The notes under the pieces are model-generated. The model saw nothing but the letters and a program-made list of their open reading frames with translations, was not told the DNA's origin and did not search any database. Below are positions 26,999 to 39,410 of a stretch of 64,000 nt of DNA, in pieces. The stretch spans positions 126,666,001 through 126,730,000 of the forward strand of contig OZ024740.1 in NCBI GenBank assembly GCA_964016885.1, read 5' to 3'. Every line of letters starts with the position of its first letter. Position 1 is the first letter of the stretch. This DNA comes from Eledone cirrhosa (Eukaryota). Position numbers and translations under genes: made by a program.

Positions 26999-28785
26999 AT
27001 GGCTAAATCACCTCTGTACCAAGCAGCTGAGAGCCTTCCTCACAAATTAACACCTCACACCGACACCACCATTGTAAATATTACTACGTTTGCCAACATA
27101 AAAAATTTAAGCAGTAGCAATATTTTAAATTTGTCTCAGGCAGACATTCATTTGCTGCCATTACCAATGACTGCAGGAGTTAAAGCCGCCACCACCACCA
27201 GCATCGCGACCCCCCCCCCCCCCCACGCGACAACAGAAACAAAAGAAGAAAAAAATAAATTAAGTCGTGATGTCGAAATGAATTCAAGCAAAATGGACTC
27301 TTCCCCACCGAACACCACTGACGTCACCACCACCACAACTGAAACTAAAATTAATAATAACAAAAATAACGATAACAACAACAACAATAATGACATTAAA
27401 AAAACCACCCTGAGTTTTGCCAGAGTAGCAAAATAGTGCGAAGCATTTCAGGTAACTCAGGAGGAATTAGAAAATGCAAAAAAAATGGTAAAGAAAGATG
27501 GGTACAGGATCAGTCTCACCCCCATCCCCCCTTTATAAAATGGAGCATCGGCGCCTATGCACCGTGTCGTATAGAACAATTAATGTGAAATCGCGCCGAG
27601 TGGAACGGGCATCCGAGTCCCAAATCCAAAAAGCGTTGGGACATGTGTGGGCAAGAAGAACCCACATCAGACGTGGGCAGAAGTATGGAACCGTGGACGT
27701 GTTCTTTGAAACACGAGAGGAGGCTAGAGAACACTCCATGGCCCCATTAAGAAGTGACGACTGGGATGGAGCTCCTGATCCAAGCGGACCAAAAAAGCAT
27801 TGAGGAAATCCCAGAGGTAATAGACCTCACTGACGGCAGCCACCTCACCGTAATTGTCGAGGGCAGAAGGCCTTGGTGTGTCGTTTGTGGTGAAGGAACC
27901 CACCTAAGGGCTTTCTGCCCTCAGGCTAAAAGGTTGAGGCCACCTCTCCTACCCACACCAGTGACTCAACCATCAACACCACCAGTAGCAGAGATGGCAG
28001 CAACAACAGTAGCAGCAACAACAGAAGCAACTATAACAACAACAACCCCAGCAACAGTAGCAAAACCAACACCACCACCACCCAACGCTTCAGAACTAGC
28101 ACCAGCGCCTACACCATCCACCACGCCACAACCAAACCTAACGCCTGTGGAGGATTTTCCACTCCCCGGCCTATCACAAATGGAGTCAGATTGTGACGAC
28201 GAGGAGTGGGAAACGGTATCAGGAAAAAATAAAAAAAGAAACCGAAAAAGTAAAAATTCTCTTCCTTCCCCCTCCAAAAAGAAAATACAGAGGGAAACAA
28301 ATAAATTAACAAACAAAAAAGTTAGGACAGATATGCCACCATCCACACCAGCATCACCAACCTCATCACTCCAAACACCAACACAATCACCATCATTAAC
28401 CCCAGCACCTACACCACAAATGTCACCAAAATGCGAAACAGAAACAAACCCACAACAAACGCAAACAAAACAAAACAACCAAAACGATACACACTACACA
28501 GCATTAAATTTGAACAACAACCAATTATTACACTACATCCAACACAACACCAGCATCACAGAAAAAGACTACACAACAACCCAAAAATTGACACCACCTC
28601 CACACATACAAATCACTCGCATCACACAGAAAACGTACATGACACTAAAACAAAAATTCCCCAAAGACATCGGAGACTTCCGACAATCACTCTCCAGGAG
28701 GATTTATAAGGACATCCTTCCTGAGGAGGCCACAAGCAGTGAAAAGGATGGAAAAGCCGTCCTTCCTCTACGAGAAGTAAGGTAA
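26999..28785 (+). pseudogene. Tx1 ORF1 (gag-like; CCHC knuckle CVVCGEGTHLRAFC; Pro/Thr-rich and basic regions)
   Basis: ORF pieces 26999-27436, 27498-27760 and 27754-28785; stop, frameshift and a ~170-bp deletion relative to copy 2. Confidence 0.8.
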
Positions 28786-28819
28786 GTGGTCTTTCCCATC
28801 TTTTCCACTCCATTTCAAC

Positions 28820-31800
28820 ATGACCTCACTCAGAATAGGCAGCATAAATGCACGTGGCTTGGGGTCGTCATGGAAGCAGGGCCACCTACTCAACGACCTC
28901 AGGTCACTAAACATAGATGTAGTGGCCATCAGCGAGACCAGAATCAACGAAGCACGGGCTATCGCACCGATCTTCGGCGGCTACGATGTGTACGCATCTC
29001 CCAGCCGTCTGGGATCGGGGGGAGGAGTTGCTGTGCTTTTTCGGAGAGGTTTGGAACTTGCCATACGGGCCATCTTCCTGGAACCAGAAGGTAAGTTGGT
29101 GGTGCTGGACGTGACCAGCGGAGACGGGCAAGCTTTCAGGTTAGTGGCCGTCTATGCTCTGACAGGTGCAGGGTGGCCTGATTTATTCCGGCGTCTGGAG
29201 ACCTTTCTTGGAACGTCCCGCTCTTTAGTGTTAGTGGGCGACTGGAACGGGATCTTAGATGCACGCTGGGATTGTGTGGGATTAGTAGATAGGCGAGGAT
29301 GGTGCAAGAGTCTCACCAACCTGATCAGGCGTTTTGAACTGTCTGACAGGTAGCGATTGGATTTCCCGAATGTACCAATGTGGACTTGACAAATCGCATA
29401 GGGTCATCCAAATGATATCTAGATAGAGTATTTTGTAGGGAATAGATATGTCTAGCATAGGCTGTCCACAATTCAAGATAGTCAGCTACACGGACCACCA
29501 ATTCGTGATCTGTGTGCTTGACTTAGATAGGCTTCATAGACGAGGACCCAGCTACTGGAAGCAAAACACGTCCTTACCAGCGCGCAAGGCCTACAGAGAC
29601 GGTATTAGCGAACTAGTTAACCGGGCGTTGACGGGGGCCATCGTCAAAACAAGTGGTGGTTTGCTCTGAAAAGAGCAATTATAATAGAGTCCATTAGGTT
29701 TAGTAAGGCTTTAGCAATAGAGATAAATAGAACAGAGGGAGAATTAGTTAGAAAATTAGACGAGGCGCTTTGCAAAGGCATCGCGATGGACGTACTTGCG
29801 GCGAAATTGGCCCTTGACCAATTCTTCAATGCAAAGCACGAAGGCTGCGTTGTCAGAGCTAGGGTGCGTGCTCTCAGACACGAGGGTACGAAAGCGGTTC
29901 AATGGGCCCGAGTGGCGGAGGCGCGTCGTGGCAACAAAGCCACGATCCGGTCTTTGGTGGACCACGACGGGCGCGTGCTACTCGATCCCGGGAAAATGTG
30001 TGAAGCTTTTCAGCGACACTTCGCTCAACTGTTCGGGGGCAGCCGCGGGCCGGATCGAGGGATGGACTTTAGTGTCTACCTCGACGGACTGCCGCGGCTC
30101 TCGGCCACTGAGGCGGAGTGTTGCGAAAAGCAGATAACAGCTGCTGAAGTACGGGAGGCAATGACTGGCTGCACAAGGGGTAAATCGCCTGGTTTGGATG
30201 GTCTGCCCTATGAAATTTACGTACAAATGCCAGACTTGTTCGGGGGCCTCTTGGCGGATGTCTACTGCAACTGGCAACAGAACGGGAGAATTCCCAGCTC
30301 TGTGAGCCGAGGAGCGGTGGCGTTGCTGAGAAAGGATCCGAACAAGGGGGATAACATAGATAAGTTTAGGCCCATAACTCTGCTAAACACAGAGTTCAAG
30401 ATTTTGGCCAAGGTGCTAGCAAAGAGATTGGCGCTTGTCGTTGGTGGTCTGGTGGGAGAGGCGCAGACATGCGCCATTCCCGACAGATCCATCCACGACA
30501 ACCTCCACCTCATTCGATACATCTTAGAGAGGGTAGCTAGTGAACATGGCACGGGTGGTTCTTTGATAAATTTAGATCAGTCGAAAGCTTTCGATAGGGT
30601 CGACCAGCGTTACCTAGCGGCAGTCCTGAGGGCGGCTGGCTTTGGGCCCGTCTTCAGACGCTGGATCGCTGCAATGCACAGCGACATCTGCTCCGTGTTG
30701 AGAGTGAACGGTCACCTTTCGGAACCGTTCAACATCATGCGCTCGGTCCGCCAAAGATGTCCCCTCTCATCCCTCTTGTACGTATTGACTCTCGAGCCAT
30801 TACTGCACAAACTGGAGACATTGAGGGGGTTCCCGCCCGAACTAGGATGCGGAAGATCCGTGTCAGCATATGCGGACGATGTCACCGTAGTGGTGTAGAA
30901 CGCCAAACACATCGAGGCGATCGGCATTACACTAAGAGAATACGAAGCGGTGACAGGAGCAATGATCAACCAGGAAAAGTCAGTGGGCCTGCAGCTCGGC
31001 ACCTGGAGAAGCAGGTCCTTGCCGTCCAACAGCGTCGTCGGGCGCTGGACGGACGGACCGGTTAAATTGCTAGGGATCTAGTTCGGTCCGGACCTCCAGA
31101 CGGACAAAAACTGGGACGAGGTGATGGGCCGAGAGGAAGCTATCCCTGAAAGGTCGAGCGGAGGTGGCTAACGCGTACATCGCGTCCGTCATCTACTACG
31201 GCCTGACCGTCGTACCTTGTCCTAAGCCCCGCCTGATGCGCTGGAGCGTTGGCTCTTTCGCTTTTTGTGGAAGGGACGCGCTCCGATGGTCAGGCGGTCC
31301 ATCTGCTGTCAACACCCGCTACGTGGAGGGCTGGGCATGCCGTGGATGATGATGCGCAGACACGCGCTCAGGCTACGACATCTACACCTCTTCCTCGACG
31401 GTGATCAGGTGTGGTCGCCATTTGCTAGACACGTCTTTCCCCAGTTCGTCTCCTTGGCGGAGCTGCAGTCCTGGGTCAAGCGAAGACCGAGAGGGAGTGA
31501 TTGGAGACTGGAATGTCTTCAGGCGCTCACAGCCCTCGACCAATCGGGCAATGTGATCGGTGGAAACTCCACCTTGGCGTTCTATAGAGGATTAGTGGAG
31601 GGAAAGAGCGACGACATACTTGGAGAAACTCTATGCGTCGACAAAAATCAACTAGCCAATCTCTTCGGACGGACATTCGGGCCGGGGCCTTTGGACAACT
31701 TCCAGAAATCCCTGGACGGGCAGTGCTACCGGGGATCTTTGCCAATTCGGGATAAACTCTACAGGCATGGAGGTGTCGTCACCCGGGCAGGTCCGAGATG

Positions 31801-32209
31801 CGCACAGGGCGACGAAACCGTCCTGCACGCACTTGTCCAGTGTCCGAGCATTGATGACTTGTGGGTTTATGTCGAACACCTGCTGTCACGTGTAGGACGG
31901 ATCCGGCTATCAGCTGAGTCCATCGTGAGGATTGCCCCGCCCTCTTCCTTTAGCCGGGAAGGGCAGGCATTCTTTTTTATCTGTCTGGTGGCCATGGCGA
32001 AAGAGATAGTATGGTGGACACGTTTGAAAGGGCTGAAGACGAGCACTTACCTCTTCGGTGATGCCCTGATTAACTTTTTCAAATTTCATTTGAAAAGGAA
32101 AATCAGGGTAGAGTGGTAAGTGCTCTCTTCCCAGCATTTTGTTGAAAGATGGGTGAGAGAAGCCCGTATAGCCCGAGTGAATGGGCCTACTCTGAGTATG
32201 TGTCTGTAA
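28820..32209 (+). pseudogene. Tx1 ORF2 (APE endonuclease - RT - C-terminal zinc finger), disrupted
   Basis: SINARGL, ISET, GDWN, TDH; KSPGLDGLPYE, RPITLLN, DQSKAFDRV, YADD; CAQGDETVLHALVQC. Confidence 0.93.
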
Positions 32210-32467
32210 ATTAAAGGTGGAAAACTGGGAGAGGGCACTTGCCCTGGTGGTCAGGGCCACTGTAGTCTTTTAATGGGCTTTCTCCACAAATGTCCCTCGG
32301 AAGTCTCCCCCCTATTGGGTAATTTTTCTTTGTTATTTTATTTCAACCTCTGTTTTTTTACACGCAGAAATGCCCATTTGTACCGTCCTGTATTTTCCTG
32401 TACTGTCCTTAATGTCTACTTTATGTAAACCCTTGTGGTTAATAAAGAAAACATTATTATTATTATT

Positions 32468-32719
32468 TGTCTGTAAATTAAAGATGGAAAACTGGGAGAG
32501 GGCACTTGCCCTGGTGGTCAGGGCCACTGTGGTCTTTTAATGGGCTTTCTCCACAAATGTCCCTTGGAAGTCTCCCCCCTATTGGGGAATTTTTCTTTGT
32601 TATTTTATTTCAACCTCTGTTTTTTTACACGCAGAAATGCCCATTTGTACCGACCTGTATTGTCCTGTACTGTCCTTAATGTCTACTTTATGTCAACCCT
32701 TGTGGTTAATAAAGAAAAC
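32468..32719 (+). mobile_element. Tx1 family A, 3'-UTR-only truncated copy
   Basis: Near-identical to 32201-32452; flanked by short (ATT)n. Confidence 0.93.
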
Positions 32720-32741
32720 ATTATTATTATTATTATTATTA

Positions 32742-33320
32742 TCGACACACCTGCTGTCACGTGTAGGACGGATCCAGCTATCAGCTGAGTCCATCGTGAG
32801 GATTGCCCCGCCTCCTTCCTTTAGCCTGGAAGGGCAGGCAGTTTTTATCTGTCTGGTGGCCATGGCGAAAGAGATAGTATGGTGGACACGTTTGAAAGGG
32901 CTGAAGACGAGCACTTACCTCTTCGGTGATGCCCTGATTAACTTTTTCAAATTTCATTTGAAAAGGAAAATCAGGGTAGAGAGGGAAGTGCTCTCTTCCC
33001 AGCATTTTGTTGAAAGATGGGTGAGAGAATCAAGTATGGCCCGAATGAATGGGCCTTCTCTGAGTATGTGTCTGTAAATTAAGGGTGGAAAACTGGGAGA
33101 GGGCACTTTCCCTGGTGGTCAGGGCCACTGTGGTCTTTTAATGGGCTTTCTCCATAAATGTCCCTTGGAAGTCTCCCCCCTATTGGGGAATTTTTCTTTG
33201 TTATTTTATTTCAACCTCTGTTTTTTTTACACGCAGAAATGCCCATTTGTACCGTCCTGTATTGTCCTGTACTGTCCTTAATGTCTACTTTATGTGAACC
33301 CTTGTGGTTAATAAAGAAAA

Positions 33321-33321
<1 letters not shown>
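32742..33321 (+). mobile_element. Tx1 family A, 5'-truncated copy (ORF2 C-terminus + 3' UTR)
   Basis: Near-identical to ~31872-32452; flanked by (ATT)n. Confidence 0.93.
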
Positions 33322-33391
<70 letters not shown>

Positions 33392-33392
<1 letters not shown>

Positions 33393-34043
33393 TTGAGTCT
33401 CAGTCATTGATGTTGGTTAACTGGCAAGTTTGTTGAAATGAATATCAAGCCATTACCTGCAGCCTCAGATATACCGGATGTATCGGAGAGTTCTTGCTAT
33501 TCCCAGCAAGCATGCCTTTTGAAGTATTCCAAAAAGCGGGGCGGGGCCAATTTTCTTTAACCATTCCTGGAACCTTTTTGAGATAGTACCTAATGCGCCT
33601 ATGACAATCGGGACCACTTTGACTTCATGGCAGTTCCAAATCCTTTTTACCTTCAACTTTAAGTCCTGGTATCGGTTAATTTTCTCCCCCTCCTTGCACT
33701 CTTGTGTCGAATGGGCAGGCCAAATCCACAATCAGGCACGTTTTTTTTTCCTTGTCCAAAACCACCATGTCAGGTCTATTGTGTTCCAGTTTCTTGTCCG
33801 TCTGTATCCTAAAATCCCACAACACCTTCACCTGATCGTTTTCTATCACCGACTCTGGCTTATGCTCATACAACTTCTCAGAATGTGGTAAATTGTTTAC
33901 GTTGCATAGGTGCCAGTGGATCACCCTGCCCATCACATCATGTCTCCAGCCTTTATAGAGAGTCTGGGCTAGGTGTGTACACTCGGATACAATGTGAGCC
34001 ACAATCTCCTCTCTCTCTCCACAGATCCTGCACAGTGGACTAG
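33392..34043 (-). mobile_element. Dong/R4 family A, short 5'-truncated copy
   Basis: Homologous to 24800-25455 (RHD, RPD motifs; frameshift); (ATT)n on both sides. Confidence 0.93.
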
Positions 34044-34287
34044 TTCAATTATTATTATTATTATTATTAATATTATTATTGGTCTAAGCGGACGTATTTT
34101 GCTCGCTCACAGTAAGTCGCTTTATGTGCCTGTTAAAATTATTTGTTGTTAAATATTTCTTGTTGTGTAAGGGATATAAGCCCTTAGACTTTGCCCCGTG
34201 AAGGGGAAAGTATAATATTTGGGCCTTTTGGCCCAAATATTTGAATGTTTTTTTTACATGTTAAAAAATTTACGAAGAAAAAAAAAC

Positions 34288-35861
34288 ATGGGTGAGCCAC
34301 GAAGCTATAGGTCGGCTGTCGTGCGACAACGACGTAGAAGTTGAGAAGAGCGCTACAGCGAGATTAACACACATTGATAACACAAACACCACCACAAACT
34401 AGGTAAACAAAGACACCAATGATACCAATAAGAACTCTAATTTTGAAAAAATTACAGTAACAGCGACAACGAAAATACAGATAACAAAAAAAAACAAAAA
34501 ACAAATACAACAACAATATCAACACCACTAACATGAAAACAAATAGCGACAACACCAACAGCAACAATACCAACTGCACCGAGAACAACGGTGGCAACAA
34601 AGACAACAATGATAACAGTGACAGTGCTAACAACAACACCAACAAGAACAACGTCAACAACACCCCCAACGAAAACAACACCACTTTCGCTGCGGCAGCA
34701 GCAAAAAAGAGGCCATGCTTCAACATGGACCTCTCAAACAAAGATGAAAAGTTGGCCCAGGCATGGAAGCTCATCAAGCAAGAGCAAACTTGGGCCAATT
34801 TAACTGTTCCGGTAGAAGCTATTGAGGCAGTGGAGCGCAAAACGGTGCATTATAGATGCATCTCAGCACAAAGCAAAAGGGCAGCGTTAATCCCACAAGA
34901 AGATATCGAAGTCGCGCTGAGGTGCATCAGAGAAGACACCCAGTACATAGAGAGGAGCAGACAGTACGGCACCATTTCGGTGTTGTTCAAGTCAGAAGCC
35001 CTCGCTATGAAACACGCCATGACTCCTTGCAAAACCAGCAAGGTCATAATGTACGCCTCCCACATGGGAAAAAGAGCGGCCGTCTCCGCATTCCCAGAAT
35101 CCCACCAGGACTTGACATGTGGTGGCTTCTTGGATGTGTGATTGTGGAGGGGACGGATACACACACCAATAAAACCTTAAACATACATACAGACACACTT
35201 ACAGACACATACCCCTCATCTACCAGTAGTCAAAATGAGGGAAATACAAAATCCCCCAAAATACAACAAAGGAAACACAAAAAGAAAGAAAAAACTCAAC
35301 AAAGCACAAAAGCACCCACAATAAAAAACGCAGACACCACCCACGCAAACATCTCTCCAATAACACGAACATCAACACCACCATGACCATCACCAGAATC
35401 CCCCAAACGAAAACAACCGAAACAGATGCAAGAACAAATATACACACAAACATCTGAAACCACAGACACCGCACTCACAACAAACACAGATACAACCGAA
35501 ACAACACCACCAAAACAATCACCACCACAGCCATGCAAACAAATAAAATCACACCAACAAAACATACAAAACTTCGTGCTCGTCAGGAGGGCTAACAAGG
35601 AACTGATGGCCCTCGTAGCACGAAGTGAAAATATACAAAAGGAGGGGCAAATTTTTAAATCGAGCACATTTCGCGTGCCGGAAGATTTGGTTCTGGTGCG
35701 AGAGTCGCTCGACATATTCAAAGAAATACGAGCAGCTTTCCTCGGGACGTGGGAACCCCAAACGTAAAACCCACTTCAAGACTTTTAAAGGGGTTCCCAA
35801 AAGAAACCCCACTAACTATGGAGGTCGAACAACCCGACCTTCACAAGAGTCCGGAAGGTAA
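34288..35861 (+). pseudogene. Tx1 family B ORF1, fragmented
   Basis: Asn/Thr-rich N-terminus; YIERSRQYGTISVLF resembles family A HIRRGQKYGTVDVFF; multiple frameshifts. Confidence 0.65.
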
Positions 35862-35896
35862 CTAAACCTTCCTCTCTCTCTGTTTAACCTGCCAAC

Positions 35897-38800
35897 ATGG
35901 CCGTATTAAGAGTAGGATGTTTAAATGTTTGAGACCGGGGATCGTCCTGGAAGCAGGGTCACCTGCTCAACGACCTCAGGTCTATAGAAATGGATGTAAT
36001 TGCAGTCAGCGAGACCAGGATTTCCGACACATGCGCACTAGTCCCGATTTTCGACGACTATCACATCTTTGCACCTGTTAGCGGGCCGGGAATGGGAGGC
36101 GGGGTGGCAGTGCTGTCTAGGAAAGGCCTGGATCTCGAGGTAAGGTCGATCTTCCGGGACCAGGACGGGAAGTTCGTGGTCCTGGACGTGAACAATAACG
36201 AAGGCAGTGCCTTTAGACTGGTGGCCGTCTATGCTCCTACTGGGGCAGGACGGCCGGACTTCTTTAGACCCCTAGAAAACTTTCTGGGTACGTCTCGCCC
36301 TTTACAGTTAGCAGGGGACTGGAACAGCATCTTAGACGCAAGCTGGAACTGTGTGGGAGTATCCGATAGGAGCGGGGGTTGCAAAAGCCTCAAGAAGCTG
36401 ATCAGCCAGTTCCAACTGTCTGACAGGTACCGACTACATTTCCCTAATGCGCCAGTGTGGACCTGGGCTAACCGCATAAGTTCATCTAGATAGTATATAG
36501 ACGGGATATTCATTAAGAAAATAGACAGAAATAGTGTAAGCTGTCCACGTTTTGAAACGGTCGCCTATTCAGATCACAAGTTTGTGATCTGCATGGTCGA
36601 CCTAGATAAGACGCGTAGGTTAGGACCTGGTTACTGGAAGCTAAACATGTCATTTCCGGCACGTAAGGCTTACAGGGACCAGATCAACAATTTAGTTAAG
36701 AAAAAGTTGACAGGGGGATTTGTCAACAATAGATGGTGGGGGGCTCTCAAAAGAGAGATTAGAGTAATGTCGATAGAGTTTAGCAAAGAAGTAGCATTAG
36801 AGACAAATAGAAAGGAGGAGGAGTTGGTAAATAAGTTAGACGAGGCTATTCGTAGTGGCATTGCAACTGATGTGCTAGCGGCGAGAATGTCATTAGACCA
36901 TTTCTTCAATGCGAAACACGAAGGTTGCATTGTCAGAGCTAAGGCGCGTGCTCTGAGAAACGAGGGAACCAAAGCTGTTCGATGGACCCGCGTGGCAGAG
37001 GCGCAGCGTGGTAATAAAACCACGATTCGGTCTTTGACGGACCGAGACGGACACGAGCTGAGCGATTCCAAGAGGATGTGTGAGCCCTTTCGCCAACATT
37101 CTGCCCTGAACTTTACGTACAGATGCCAGACTTGTTCGGAGGCCTCTTGGCGTATGTCTACTGCAACTGGCAACAGAACGGGATAATTCCCAGCTCTGTG
37201 AGCAGAGGAGCTGTGGCGCTGCTGAGAAAGGATCCGAACAAGGGGGATAACATAGATAATTTCAGGCCCATAACTCTGCTCAACACAGAGTTTCAGATTT
37301 TGGCCAGGGTGTTAGCGAAGAGGCTGGCGCTTGTCGTCGGGGATTTGGTTGGGGAGGCGCAAACTTGCGCAATCCCAACCAGGTCCATACACGACAACCT
37401 CCACCTAATACGATACATCATAGAGAGCGTAGGGTGTAAACCTGGCTTCGGTGGGGCTCTGATCAATTTAGATCAATCGAAAGCATTCGATAGGGTCGAC
37501 CATCGGTATCTGGAGGCTGTCCTCAAGGCGGCTGGCTTCGACCCCGTCTTCAGAAGCTGGATCGCTGCAATGCACAGCGGCACCTGCTCGATGGTCAAAA
37601 TTAATGGCCACCTCTCGGAACCGTTTCAGGTCTCCCGATCGGTCCGTCAAGGGTGCCATCTCTCCTCCCTTCTGTACGTATTGACTCTTGAGCCTTTGCT
37701 ACGGAAGCTGGAGCTGTTGCAGGGCATCCCGCTCGAACCGGGACGTGGAAAGGCGGTGTCGGCTCATGCGGACAACATCACCGTGATTGTGTCGGACACC
37801 TCAGAAATCGAGGTGGCCGGCAACTTATTGGAGGAATATGAAAGTTTGACGGGAGCAAAACTTTACCCGGAAAAGTCAGTAGGCTTGCAACTCGGCACCT
37901 GGAGAGGCAAGTCCATGCCGTCCAACAGCGTCGTTAGGCGCTGGACGGGCGTACCGGTAAAATTGCTAGGGGTTTGGTTCGGGCCAGACCTCCAGGTGGA
38001 TAAGAATTGGGACGAGGTGATGGGCAGGGTAGTCAGTGTCACCCAGAAATGGGCTGGGATGAAGCTATCACTGAAAGGTCGGGCGAAGGTGGCGAACGCG
38101 TACATCGCGTCCGTCATCTACTACCCTATGACTGTCGTCCCTTGCCCCCGTCCGTGCCTCGCCATCTTGGAGCGGCTCCTCTTCAAATTCTTGTGGAGGG
38201 GTCAGGTTCCGCTGGTGAGGCGGTCCATCTGCTGCCAGCACTCTCTACGTGGAGGGCTGGGCATGCCGTGGCTAATGATGCGCAGGCACGCGCTCAGTCT
38301 GCGGCATCTACAGATATTCTGCCTAAACGGTGAACAGGTGTGGTCACCGTTTGTCAGACGGGCCTTTCCGCAGCTCGTTTCTTTGACTGACTTGCAGTCC
38401 TGGGTCAAGAAGAGACCGAAACCTGGTGACTGGAATCTGGAATGTTGCCAGGCACTCACTGCCCTCTACCAGGCGAGCAATGCGGTCAGTGGAACTTTCA
38501 CTCTCGAGTTCTATAGAGGATTAGTGGTGGGCAAGTGCGACTACGCACTCGGAGAGGCTCTGGGAGTCAACGAAGTCGAACTAACCAGTCTGTACCGCAG
38601 GACTTTCGAGCCGGGGACGATAGATAATTTCCAAAAATCCCTCGCTTGGCAGTGCTACCGGGGGCACTGCCGGTTCGAGTTAAACTCTACAGGCACGGAA
38701 GTGCTGTCAGACGGAACTGCCCGAGAGTCGCGCAGAGCGACGAAACCGTTCTGCACGCACTCGTCCAGTGTCCGTGTATTACTGACTTGTGGAGTTATGT

Positions 38801-39121
38801 TGAACAGCTGTTGTCGCGTGTAGAACGGATCCGGCTATCGGCCGAGTCCATAGTGAAGATCGACCCGCCGCCTTCTTTTGGCCAGGAAGGGCAGGCAATT
38901 TTCCTCTGTCTGGTGGCAGTAGCGAATGACGTTGTATGGTGGACGAGGTTGAAAGGACTGAAGACAGACACTTTTCACTTCGGTAAATCCCTCATCAACT
39001 TTTTCAAGTTTCACTTGGAAAAGAAGGTGAGGGTGGAGAGAGAAGTGTATTTGCTGAAAGGTGGGTGAATGTGGCGAGAATGGCCCGTGTGAGTGGGCCT
39101 ACACTGGTCATGCGGCTGTAG
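35897..39121 (+). pseudogene. Tx1 family B ORF2 (APE-RT), disrupted
   Basis: VSET, VYAP, GDWN, SDH, YWKLN, RPITLLN, DQSKAFDRV, SVRQGC; catalytic motif decayed to HADN; internal deletion near 37100. Confidence 0.92.
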
Positions 39122-39410
39122 GTAGGTAAATTTGAAGAGGAGAGAGTTGCACTTCCAGGGTGCTCTCGAAGCGTCGGGTCGTTCAGGACTGGTGGGGTAC
39201 CAGAGCAAAACCTAGGTGGTCATCCCCCCTATTGGGGAATTTTTTTTCTTGTTGTAATTTTATTGTTACTTTATTGTTACGTTGTTATTGTTACTTTGTT
39301 TATTCATATTGATTACTCGATTTTTCTGTAAAACCCAACTGTCCCAGTCTTTTGTATTGTCCCCGATATGTCGGCCCGTGTGGCCAATAAATGAAATCAT
39401 TATTATTATT

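Larger units (their letters stand above)
26791..32452 (+). mobile_element. Tx1-clade LINE family A, copy 1 (full length, mutated)
   Basis: 5' UTR starts GGCGACC right after (ATT)n; ORF1 and ORF2; 3' UTR ends AATAAAGAAAAC then (ATT)n. Confidence 0.93.
34081..39398 (+). mobile_element. Tx1-clade LINE family B (full-length ends, mutated)
   Basis: Starts GGTCTAAG after (ATT)n; distinct 5' UTR and ORF1; ORF2 homologous to family A; ends AATAAATGAAATC then (ATT)n. Confidence 0.92.
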
